DNA from: an uncultured Chitinophagales bacterium
Lineage (GTDB): Bacteria; Bacteroidota; Bacteroidia; Chitinophagales; UBA2359
Assembly: GCA_937927195.1 (NCBI GenBank)
Contig: CALBCY010000008.1
Location: 1-10,724 of the forward strand
Length of the DNA stretch: 10,724 nt
Direction of reading: 5' to 3'
Translations under genes and position numbers: made by a program
Notes under the pieces: model-generated
The model's input: the letters and a program-made list of their open reading frames with translations, nothing else
Databases searched by the model: none
Told to the model about the DNA's origin: nothing
Shown: one piece after another, positions 1 to 7,819 of the stretch
How the letters are laid out: each line of letters opens with the position of its first letter
Numbering within the stretch: position 1 is the first letter of the stretch

Positions 1-432
1 CAGGTGGGACGAGACAGATGGTGCGGACAGATGGAACGGTGACAGATGGTGCGGTGGTAGATGGCGCGGACGGCAATTGACAAATAACTCATGGGTTTCA
101 TGCTAGTAGTTAGAAGATCTCTCCTGCGTCGAGATGACATATGGGGCGGAGATGACAAGTGGGACGAGACAGATGGTGCGGACAGATGGAACGGTGACAG
201 ATGGAACGATGGCGCGGACGGCAATTGACCAATAACTCATGGGTTTCATGCTAGTGGTTAGAAGATCTCTCCTGCGTCGAGATGACAAGTGGGGCGGAGA
301 TGACAAGTGGGACGAGATGACAGATGGAGCGAGATGACAAGTGGGACGAGACAGATGGGGTGGAGACAGGTGGATTGGAGACAGGTACGTCGAGATGAAC
401 AGGTGGGGCGAGATGACAAATGGTGCGAAATA
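1..432. repeat. GC-rich, purine-skewed compound tandem repeat. Degenerate 15-18-bp units (e.g. GAGATGACAAGTGGG, GACAGATGGTGCGGA) are organised into two higher-order copies of about 150 bp (about 5-160 and 161-308). Each copy carries a 62-bp core (72-135 and 220-283). A degenerate 15-18-mer tail follows at 309-432. The repeat is truncated at the window start.
   Basis: Read directly. GACAGATGG/GACAAGTGG-type motifs recur about 25 times. Segment 5-50 is identical to 161-206. Core 'ggcaattgacAaataactcatgggtttcatgctagtAgttagaagatctctcctgcgtcgagatgaca' recurs at 220 with 2 mismatches. GC is about 55-60% against about 33% for the rest of the window. There are stop codons in all three + frames. Confidence 0.8.
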
Positions 433-502
433 CACGTTCAAGGGTGGAATTCCTTCTTAACTACCAAATCTATTTCACAGGAATCTTACATTTATAAACA
501 GT

Positions 503-514
503 TGAAATATTTCA
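503..514. promoter_or_regulatory. AT-rich perfect palindrome TGAAATATTTCA upstream of the flotillin operon. It is related to the TGAAATTTCA pair further downstream.
   Basis: Read directly. It is a self-complementary 12-mer. Chance occurrence in AT-rich DNA is possible. Confidence 0.2.
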
Positions 515-630
515 CTATATTTATAAAAGCAATTTTACCATCACAAATATCATTTTCCGAGCAGACAAAATGATGGGAAACTTGTTATTGGACTAAATAA
601 ATTAAAAAAGTTCCCTATTTATAAGATTAA

Positions 631-671
631 TGAAATTTCAAAAACTATTTTGAATAAAATTTGAAATTTCA
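631..671. promoter_or_regulatory. Two copies of the perfect 10-bp palindrome TGAAATTTCA (631-640 and 662-671), 31 bp apart. They lie 50-90 bp upstream of the operon start codon at 718. This is a candidate operator or promoter region.
   Basis: Read directly. The palindrome is identical at both sites. The spacing is about three helical turns, and the position is immediately 5' of the first gene of the flotillin operon. Confidence 0.3.
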
Positions 672-717
672 ATAAACTACGGAACTCTAGAATATTAAAA
701 TCTGTTAACTATTATAC

Positions 718-1404
718 ATGACTAACACCATTGCAGAATTATTTTACACGGCATTTAGCCCTGTAAATATCTTCTTAAGTATTTTATTAATCTTCGTTCT
801 AATTTATTGGGTTTTTGTAGCCATTGGTGCTGCGAATACAGAAAGTCTAGACTTCGATTTTGATATAGACGCTGACTTGGATTTGGACTTAGATGTAGAT
901 GCCGATATAGATGTTGAAGCGGGCGAGATTGGTTCAAGTGAGGTTTCCGTTCCCGCTTATATAGGTTTTCTTCAGTTCTTTAATGTCGGCAAAGTCCCTG
1001 TAATACTTATACTTTCTTTTTTGGTCGTTTTCATGTGGACCATTTCAATGGTCCTTAATGATTTACTAAACAACCAATCACTATTGATCTCATTCTTACT
1101 AATGATACCTAATTTTATCGTTAGTCTCTTTATTACAAAGTTGGTTAGTAGTCCTTTTGCGAAAATGTTTGGATTCTTGAATAAAACAAGTGGCACGCTT
1201 AAACTAAACGGAAGGATTTGTACCATAAGGGTTCCTGTAAAAGACGGAAATTTTGGACAGGCACAAGTAGAGTATGATCAAAACAATTTGTTGATTAGTA
1301 TCAAATGCATCAATGATGATTTTATACCGAGAGATAGCAAGGCTTTGATCATTGAGCAATCGGAGGATAAGTCCTACTACTTGGTTGAAAAATATGAAAA
1401 TTAA
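718..1404 (+). CDS. YqiJ/DUF1449-like (NfeD-family) inner-membrane protein, 228 aa. It is the partner gene of the downstream flotillin.
   Basis: There is an N-terminal TM helix (FSPVNIFLSILLIFVLIYWVFVAIGA). An acidic alternating repeat DFDFDIDADLDLDLDVDADIDVE (nt 850-918) follows. Two to three further hydrophobic helices come next. The C-terminal segment is beta-rich (GTLKLNGRICTIRVPVKDGNFGQAQVEYDQNNLLISIKCI), consistent with an NfeD-type OB-fold. The gene lies 32 bp upstream of, and co-oriented with, an SPFH/flotillin gene, as in E. coli yqiJ-yqiK and B. subtilis yuaF-floT. Confidence 0.75.
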   Translation: MTNTIAELFYTAFSPVNIFLSILLIFVLIYWVFVAIGAANTESLDFDFDIDADLDLDLDVDADIDVEAGEIGSSEVSVPAYIGFLQFFNVGKVPVILILSFLVVFMWTISMVLNDLLNNQSLLISFLLMIPNFIVSLFITKLVSSPFAKMFGFLNKTSGTLKLNGRICTIRVPVKDGNFGQAQVEYDQNNLLISIKCINDDFIPRDSKALIIEQSEDKSYYLVEKYEN

Positions 1405-1436
1405 TTAAATAACAACTAACCTATAAATTTTACCCT

Positions 1437-3638
1437 ATGATCTATCTCAGTATTTTAGCAAGTCCCATTGTCTATCCAATAGTGGGTGTAACAGCATTGG
1501 TTCTTATTGTACTAGCCTTTATGGTTGGCTACGCAGCATTTTTCAAGAAAGCCATCCAAGGTCAGGCCTTGATCGTTACCGCCAAAGGCAAAACCAAGGT
1601 TTCTTTCGATGGTATTTTGGTCTATCCAGTCATTAATCGAATGGAGCTTATGGACATTTCGATCAAGAAACTTGAAATTGAACGTTTGGGCGAAGATGGA
1701 TTGATTTGCAAGGACAATATGAGAGCGGATATCAAAGTTGCTTTCTTTGTTAGAGTCAATAAAAGTGAGCAGGACGTGATCAACGTTGCACAGATTATTG
1801 GCTGTGAAAGGGCATCTGATATTGACACCTTGAAACAACTATTTGAAGCCAAATTCTCGGAAGCACTCAAGACGGTCGGTAAACGATTTGACTTTGTGGA
1901 GCTGTATGACAATCGTTCAAATTTTAGGGATGAAATTGTCAATGAAATTGGTCGTGATTTAAATGGATACATGCTGGATGATTGCGCGATTGATTATCTG
2001 GAGCAAACGCCTATTGAGTTTCTTAAAAGCAACAACATTTTGGATGCTGAAGGGATAAAGAAAATCACCGATTTGACGGCTGTACAAAACATGAAATCCA
2101 ACTTGATTCGAAGAGAGGAAGAGAAAACTTTGAAAAAGCAAGATGTTGAAGCTAGGGAAGCAATCCTTGAATTGGAAAAACAACTGGCCGAGAAGGAAGC
2201 TAAACAAGCCAGAGAAGTAGCCAATATTGTAGCCAGAGAGGATGCCGAAACTGCAAAAGTAGTTGAAGAAGAAAGATTGAAATCTGAAACTGCTCGCATT
2301 GCAACAGAAGAAACCTTACAGATTGCTGAAGAAAACAAGCAAAGACAAGTAATTGTAGCTGCTAAAAATAAAGAGCGGACAGAAGCCATCGAAACTGAAA
2401 GAGTGGAAAAAGATCGATTGCTGGAAGTGACAGAAAGAGAACGAATCGTTACTCTTGCTCAAATAGAAAAAGAAAAGGCTATAGAAGAAGAAAAGAAACT
2501 CATTCAAGACGTGATTCGAGAAAGAGTGATTGTTCAAAAATCTGTTGTGGAGGAAGAAGAAAACATTAAGGACCTTCAAGCACACATGCAAGCAGACCGA
2601 TTGAAAAAAGTAGCCATTACCGCTGCTGAGCAACATGCCGAAGCGGCTTTGGTTGAAACCATCAAAATGGCAGAGGCGGAACAACAATCTGCAGAGTTTA
2701 AAGCCAAGCAAAGAATCATAGAAGCGGATGCTCAACAACAATCGGCAGGCAAAGAGGCCGATGCTATTAAAATCCTGGCGGATGCCGAAGCAGCCAAATA
2801 TGCTGCTGTTGGATTGTCAGAGGCTCAAGTTATAGAGGCCAAAGCCGGAGCAATGGAGAAGCAAGGAGAAGCGGAAGCCAATATTATCGAGGCAAAAGCC
2901 ATGGCGGATGCGAAAGGAATAGAAGTAAGATCGCTCGCTCAAGCAGAGGCCGATAACAAGTTGGGACTTGCCGCAGCAAATGTCGAGAAAGAAAGAGGTT
3001 TGGCACAGGCAGAAGTCATCAACGCCAAAGCACAAGCAGAAGAAGAAAAAGGAAAAGCCGAAGCGGTGGTGATCGGAGCGAAAGCCAAAGCCGAAGCGCA
3101 GGGAATCGAAGACAAAGCTGAGGCGATGAAGAAGCTGGACGGAGTCGGAAGAGATCACGAGGAGTTCAAACTGAGATTGGATAAGCAAAAAGAGGTGGAA
3201 TTGGCTGAAATCAATATCCAAGAGTCGATTGCCGATTCGCAAGCCTTGGTTCTGAGTGAAGCGATGAAATCTGCCAATATCGACATCATCGGTGGAGAAA
3301 CTCAATTTTTTGACAACATCATGGCGAGCGTATCACGCGGAAAAGCACTGGACAAATTTGTCGACAGCAGCGATACGATTAAAGATATAAAAGCAGCTCT
3401 GCTCGGAAGTAACGGAGATGGCGACGGTGTCTTGATCGCCAATATCCAAAAACTGATTGGCAAGTCCGGCATAAAGTCGGAGGACATCAAAAACCTGACC
3501 CTAGCCAGTCTACTCATGAACCTTCACGATGATTTCTCCGACAAAGGAGAAAGATCGAGTATCAAGAAAATGTTGGACATGGTTATTAAGTTGGACATGG
3601 GAGACACGAGGGTTAATGAGCTGAATTTGTTGAAATAA
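1437..3638 (+). CDS. Flotillin-like SPFH/band-7 protein of the YqiK/FloT family, 733 aa. It has an N-terminal TM anchor, an SPFH domain, a very long Ala/Glu/Lys-rich coiled coil and a flotillin C-terminal domain.
   Basis: A TM helix spans aa 1-35. An SPFH-domain signature is present (ALIVTAKGKTKVSFDG...CKDNMRADIKVAFFVRVNKSEQD...FVELYDNRSNFRDEIVNEIGRDL), matching the YqiK 'KDRMRVDV.VAFFVRV' block. EA/KAEA-type repeat coiled coil runs from about aa 215 to 560 (about nt 2079-3117). Codon usage is consistent with the neighbouring genes. Confidence 0.92.
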   Translation: MIYLSILASPIVYPIVGVTALVLIVLAFMVGYAAFFKKAIQGQALIVTAKGKTKVSFDGILVYPVINRMELMDISIKKLEIERLGEDGLICKDNMRADIKVAFFVRVNKSEQDVINVAQIIGCERASDIDTLKQLFEAKFSEALKTVGKRFDFVELYDNRSNFRDEIVNEIGRDLNGYMLDDCAIDYLEQTPIEFLKSNNILDAEGIKKITDLTAVQNMKSNLIRREEEKTLKKQDVEAREAILELEKQLAEKEAKQAREVANIVAREDAETAKVVEEERLKSETARIATEETLQIAEENKQRQVIVAAKNKERTEAIETERVEKDRLLEVTERERIVTLAQIEKEKAIEEEKKLIQDVIRERVIVQKSVVEEEENIKDLQAHMQADRLKKVAITAAEQHAEAALVETIKMAEAEQQSAEFKAKQRIIEADAQQQSAGKEADAIKILADAEAAKYAAVGLSEAQVIEAKAGAMEKQGEAEANIIEAKAMADAKGIEVRSLAQAEADNKLGLAAANVEKERGLAQAEVINAKAQAEEEKGKAEAVVIGAKAKAEAQGIEDKAEAMKKLDGVGRDHEEFKLRLDKQKEVELAEINIQESIADSQALVLSEAMKSANIDIIGGETQFFDNIMASVSRGKALDKFVDSSDTIKDIKAALLGSNGDGDGVLIANIQKLIGKSGIKSEDIKNLTLASLLMNLHDDFSDKGERSSIKKMLDMVIKLDMGDTRVNELNLLK

Positions 3639-3743
3639 TATTGAGATTTTAAAATTTGATTTTAGAATTGAATGTTTGTTTTTAACACAAGTACGATGCT
3701 TTGCATTGTTAGTAAAAGGCTCAAGAAGAGATTATAAATTCAG

Positions 3744-3778
3744 AAAGGCTGTTCCAAATGAAATGGCCTTTTTTTTTA
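3744..3778 (+). terminator. Candidate rho-independent terminator of the yqiJ-like/flotillin operon.
   Basis: The sequence aaaGGCtgttCCAaatgaaaTGGCCttttttttt can form a GC stem followed by a T9 run. It lies about 105 bp downstream of the flotillin stop codon. Confidence 0.45.
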
Positions 3779-3969
3779 ATATTGATGCCTTTAACTGACA
3801 AATATAAGTGCAAAAAAAATTGAAAAAAAACCATTTAACAATGAGCTTAGCGTGAAAAGGGGAATTTTTAATAGAGATGGTCTAAACCATCCCATCATAA
3901 ATGTCTATCGCCAAATTCACAAGTATTCTTTAATAAACAAATGCAATTTTAAGCATTGGACTTTTTTGA

Positions 3970-5502
3970 TTACTTCAAACCATAAACTTTCATAAAGTCA
4001 TTCTCATGAAGCTTTTGATAGCCTAATTCCAATTGCTTAAAAATCTCCTTGGTATTTTCATGGTCTTGGTATTCTTGGTCCAAGCCCCAAATCAAAACAT
4101 ACTCTATTTCTTGTCCAGTTTTCTCAACATAATTTATAAAATCTGCTTTTGGAGGTTCAGATTCAATTCCATATCCAATTTGTTTAAAAGGATTCACGTG
4201 CTCCTTCCAATTCAATGGGAAATGCCCAGTATTTGCTTCATAATTATCAAAAATAATCAATGGCTTTTCTGTTCCAAGATAAGAAGCTGCATGAAGAAAC
4301 AAACTTTGGCGGCTCGCAATTTCATTCCCATCCAAGGTTTTTCCAGCATGAGCAAAGCTCAAAGCAAGAACAGTAGCATTTGGCTTTATAAATTGACTGG
4401 CTGAAAGGTATTCATTTAGCGCTTTATTGACTTGAATGTGTTTGGGAATTCTAACGGACCAAAATCCAATTATCAGAAAAATCAAAATGCCAAAAACAGT
4501 GAATTCAACTTTCTTTTTAAAATCAAATTGTGCCAGGTAAAGAACAGCAAAAAACAAAACCAACAAGTGCATTCTGGGCAAAAGAATTCCTCCTCCTGCC
4601 AAACCTTTTGGACCAAAGAAAAACATAAATAGGCAAAAAATGGAAAGCGCAATAAAAACATCTGCTTTGTGCAAAGATGCCCTTTTATACTTTTTACAGA
4701 AACCAAGCATTAAAAGCAAAAGGATAAGAATTCCAGTAGCAGCTGCCAATATGTATTCAAAATCAGATAAAGAAACCAATACTTTGTTTTGAAAAAACAT
4801 TTTGAACAGTTTCTCAAAACTATAATCATTTTTCCAAACTCCACCTTGTGAACTATTGAGATACAATCCCAAAAGTAAAAGAGAGGGCGAAAAACTCAGG
4901 AACAATTTCACAATATCATTCCCTTTTGTTCTATCTTTTAAAATATTTAGACAAGACCAGCACAGCAAAATGCCTATGCTTAATAATAAACCGATTGGAT
5001 GAGTGAAATATTGAATCAAGGCTAAAAATGATAAGATCAAATACTGCCTTGTTCCAAGTCTATTTTCATATTTCAGGTAATAAACAGCGATCCAAATTAA
5101 CCAAACAAGGCTAAAGGAAAAGTTATAAAAACCAAAAAGGAACAAACTATTGTAGATAAACAAAAATCCAAAATAAGGAAGGATCCATTGTTTGGGCATA
5201 AGTAATTTCACCAATCTTCGAAAACCAATCGCAAAGCCCAGAACATAAGCAATCAAAACAATTTTTTCAACAAGAAAGGCTGGTAAAAAAATCAACAATA
5301 GACTCATCAAAGCATGGCTAAACCAATTGGGATTTAAATGGTCATTTAACTGGTAAAAAGTTTCATAAAAATCAACATGCTTGCCCAGTAAAATGTCTGA
5401 TAACACTTGAGAATTGTATAAATGGCAAGGGCCATCTACTGTAAGGAAATATTTACCAATACAGATGGGAATCAGGTGAATAAAAAGCAAAAGCCCAAAC
5501 AA
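3970..5502 (-). CDS. Polytopic integral membrane protein of 510 aa with about 10 predicted TM helices and a C-terminal hydrophilic domain of about 170 aa. Function is unknown.
   Basis: It is a long ORF with nine to eleven hydrophobic 18-25 aa segments separated by short loops rich in K and R. The last roughly 170 aa are hydrophilic. It is divergently arranged with respect to the downstream secreted-protein pair. No family-specific motif was recognised by eye. Confidence 0.75.
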   Translation of the reverse strand: MFGLLLFIHLIPICIGKYFLTVDGPCHLYNSQVLSDILLGKHVDFYETFYQLNDHLNPNWFSHALMSLLLIFLPAFLVEKIVLIAYVLGFAIGFRRLVKLLMPKQWILPYFGFLFIYNSLFLFGFYNFSFSLVWLIWIAVYYLKYENRLGTRQYLILSFLALIQYFTHPIGLLLSIGILLCWSCLNILKDRTKGNDIVKLFLSFSPSLLLLGLYLNSSQGGVWKNDYSFEKLFKMFFQNKVLVSLSDFEYILAAATGILILLLLMLGFCKKYKRASLHKADVFIALSIFCLFMFFFGPKGLAGGGILLPRMHLLVLFFAVLYLAQFDFKKKVEFTVFGILIFLIIGFWSVRIPKHIQVNKALNEYLSASQFIKPNATVLALSFAHAGKTLDGNEIASRQSLFLHAASYLGTEKPLIIFDNYEANTGHFPLNWKEHVNPFKQIGYGIESEPPKADFINYVEKTGQEIEYVLIWGLDQEYQDHENTKEIFKQLELGYQKLHENDFMKVYGLK

Positions 5503-5768
5503 ATAGGGCTCATTCTTTCGACAAGTATGGAATATATTTAAAATGATTGTAAACCTTTATTGTTTTCATTAAAGAAACACTTTTAAGGTCAAATTTGACC
5601 ACAACACAAGTTAGGAAATTTACTTATTAAATCTGCATTGTTAAACGATCCTTAAAAAGAAGAGATTCTAAGACTTTTAGGGTAATATTTAATAGCTTAT
5701 ATTCGTAATTAGTTAGAACGAATCAGAAAAAATAAGACTATTTACAGAAATCAGAATAATACAAATCG

Positions 5769-7640
5769 ATGAAACAACTTATTACCTTTTTGCTTTTGCT
5801 TTGCAATCTTGCGATTTCATTCGGCCAGGAAGCTGTCGTATTGGAAAAGACAAGGCATCTCGACATCCTTTTGGAACAAGGTGAATTGCAAATTACAGAA
5901 GCAAATCATACGGAGACGGAGTTTCTTGAAAACATAAACATGCATGCCCGTGATGTTGTTTTTTACTCCGAAATGGACCCATTGTTAAGCTTTGAAGCTT
6001 TCACCAAAATTCCACATAAAAAAGGCAAATACAAAAATGCGATGGTGGAGGTAATAGAAACCAAAGACATTGTTGATCCAGGTATTTTTTATGGTGGTTA
6101 TAAAAAGAAGGAGTTTGTTTATCCATCGGTCGTTCCGAATTCGATCGGAGTTTTGAATTTCACGAAAGAAAACAACGAATCTCACATCATTTCGCCCTTT
6201 TACTTCGACGACTACTACCAAGTAGATAACGCAGCTTTTTCTGTTAGTTTTCCAAATACGGTTAAAGTTGACTACAATCTTTTCAATACGGAAGACCTCA
6301 ATTTAAAACTGAGCATTGATTCTACTGATGAAAAAATCACCTATTCATGGAATGCATTGGGCCTTGAAAGAAGAACCTATGATTCAAATGCACCATCCAG
6401 GTCCTATTTATCTCCACACATTATATTAAGAATCAATTCTTATCAGGCAGATGGTGAAACCATTGCTGTTTCGGGAACAACAGACGACCTTTTCGAATGG
6501 TACAATAAACTTATCAACAGAATACCTGAAAGTAAAACGATGAGTAATTTGGAAAGCAAAGTTGCTGAATTACTTGAGCAATCTTCCAACAGAGAAGAAA
6601 GCATAAAAAATATTTATAGCTGGGTCCAAAACAATGTCAAATACATTGCCTTTGAGGACGGCATGGCTGGATTTATTCCAAGAGCGGCAGGTGATGTTTT
6701 CGAAAAAAAATATGGAGACTGTAAAGACATGGCCAATTTACTGACCACAATGTTGAATAAAGCGAACATTCCATGTTATTTAACTTGGGTAGGGACCAAC
6801 ACGAAACCGTATTCTTATCATGAAGTTCCTTGCACAGTTACAGACAATCACATGATTTGTGCTGTCAAAGAAAATGGGCAATTCCAAATTCTTGACCCGA
6901 CCAATACCTATTTACAATATGGTACTTCGCCAAGTCTGTTGCAAGGCAAGGAAGCTTTGATTAGAATTGATGATGAAAATTATGAAATAGTCAAGGTTTC
7001 AGAAACTGAATATTCAAAAAACAGTCGAAGTGATTTGCTCAATCTAAAAATTGAAGACAATGTTCTAAGTGGCCAAACTGAAAGTACCCTATCAGGTTAC
7101 CTTGCAGAAGGGTATTATTATTCAAAACTTTCAAAGGAATACAATAAAGAAACAAATTTCATTCAGAATTACCTTGAAATTGGTCAAAAGAGTTCTGAAT
7201 ATGCTGCCGGTAAAATAGAGGAAACACCTAATGAAATTAAATTTACATTTGATGGTGCCTTTAAAAACAATGTGATCCAAGCCAATAATAAAATATACAT
7301 AAATCTGAATCTCGATCCTTCCACAAGAGAATATTTAATCGATGACATAGAAACAAGAACTCATCCCATACAAGAAAACTTCAAACAACTGTATACTTAT
7401 AAATGCAATTTGGAAATACCAGAAGGATTTGAGGTAGATTATTTGCCTGAAGACTCAGAAATAAATTTCAAAGATTTCAGTTTGAGTAGCAAATACAAAG
7501 TAGAGGGCAATACGATTAGCCTGGAAAAAACCATTGTATCTGATTATTTGTTTCTAGAGAAAGATCAGTTTAAAAACTATGATGTGTTTTATGATGAAAT
7601 TTTAGAAGTAAGTCAACAACAAATAAGTTTAAAAAACTAA
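5769..7640 (+). CDS. Secreted protein with DUF3857 (N-terminal), transglutaminase-like cysteine protease (central) and DUF3858 (C-terminal) domains, 623 aa. The Cys-His-Asp triad is intact.
   Basis: The signal peptide is MKQLITFLLLLCNLAISFGQ. The transglutaminase-like core motif YGDCKDMANLLTTMLNKANIPCYLTWVG is present; its Cys codon is tgt at 6720-6722. The His and Asp blocks follow as NHMICAVKENGQFQILDPTN. The overall architecture matches the Bacteroidota 'DUF3857 and transglutaminase domain' family. Confidence 0.88.
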   Translation: MKQLITFLLLLCNLAISFGQEAVVLEKTRHLDILLEQGELQITEANHTETEFLENINMHARDVVFYSEMDPLLSFEAFTKIPHKKGKYKNAMVEVIETKDIVDPGIFYGGYKKKEFVYPSVVPNSIGVLNFTKENNESHIISPFYFDDYYQVDNAAFSVSFPNTVKVDYNLFNTEDLNLKLSIDSTDEKITYSWNALGLERRTYDSNAPSRSYLSPHIILRINSYQADGETIAVSGTTDDLFEWYNKLINRIPESKTMSNLESKVAELLEQSSNREESIKNIYSWVQNNVKYIAFEDGMAGFIPRAAGDVFEKKYGDCKDMANLLTTMLNKANIPCYLTWVGTNTKPYSYHEVPCTVTDNHMICAVKENGQFQILDPTNTYLQYGTSPSLLQGKEALIRIDDENYEIVKVSETEYSKNSRSDLLNLKIEDNVLSGQTESTLSGYLAEGYYYSKLSKEYNKETNFIQNYLEIGQKSSEYAAGKIEETPNEIKFTFDGAFKNNVIQANNKIYINLNLDPSTREYLIDDIETRTHPIQENFKQLYTYKCNLEIPEGFEVDYLPEDSEINFKDFSLSSKYKVEGNTISLEKTIVSDYLFLEKDQFKNYDVFYDEILEVSQQQISLKN

Positions 7641-7819
7641 GATTGAAAAATCAAGCTGCATTTTAAATTAATATAAATGCGCCATTAATATTTGTTGATC
7701 ATTCTCTATATTGTGTTTCAAACAAATCAACCTGAAATTCATCGGCTCATTGAATCATTGACCTAGCCAATGATTATAAAACATAGAACGAATTTGAATC
7801 TGTAGATAAAAAACCAAAA

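Noticed and set aside
72-135. Sigma-70-like TTGACA (77-82) within the 62-bp repeat core, as a promoter.
   Set aside because: There is no acceptable -10 element at 17-bp spacing. Bacteroidota promoters use a different consensus (TTTG / TAnnTTTG), so the match is most likely chance.
1-432. Possible CRISPR array.
   Set aside because: The units are degenerate, contiguous and 15-18 bp. There is no alternation of identical repeats of about 30 bp with unique spacers, and no cas genes are present.
103-441. Minus-strand 112-aa ORF running through the GC-rich repeat (low-complexity 'SPPHLS/PHLSS' text).
   Set aside because: It is an artefact of the purine/pyrimidine skew of the repeat. The frame is not conserved between the two higher-order copies (offsets 148 and 156 bp are not multiples of 3), and the ORF terminates inside copy A.
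307-573. Plus-strand 88-aa ORF starting in the repeat and running into AT-rich DNA.
   Set aside because: The composition changes abruptly mid-ORF, the repeat-derived N-terminus has no meaningful sequence, and the remainder is AT-rich low-complexity.
755-1226. Antisense ORFs 755-937 and 972-1226 within the YqiJ-like gene.
   Set aside because: They are fully nested in a gene supported by operon context, and no features were seen.
1512-3517. Series of antisense ORFs (1512-1838, 1622-1972, 1959-2207, 1994-2389, 2316-2741, 2817-3305, 3302-3517) opposite the flotillin gene.
   Set aside because: These are shadow ORFs produced by the GAA/GCA/AAG-rich coiled-coil coding sequence. Their translations are Ser/Phe/Leu-rich low-complexity, and they lie fully inside a high-confidence gene.
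4033-4706. ORFs 4033-4404 (+), 4432-4632 (+) and 4482-4706 (-) inside the membrane-protein gene.
   Set aside because: They are nested in, or antisense to, the long 510-aa ORF. Their translations are low-complexity K/N/F-rich, typical of AT-rich antisense reading.
5985-6221. Antisense 78-aa ORF inside the first transglutaminase-like gene.
   Set aside because: It is nested in a well-supported CDS, and no motif was seen.
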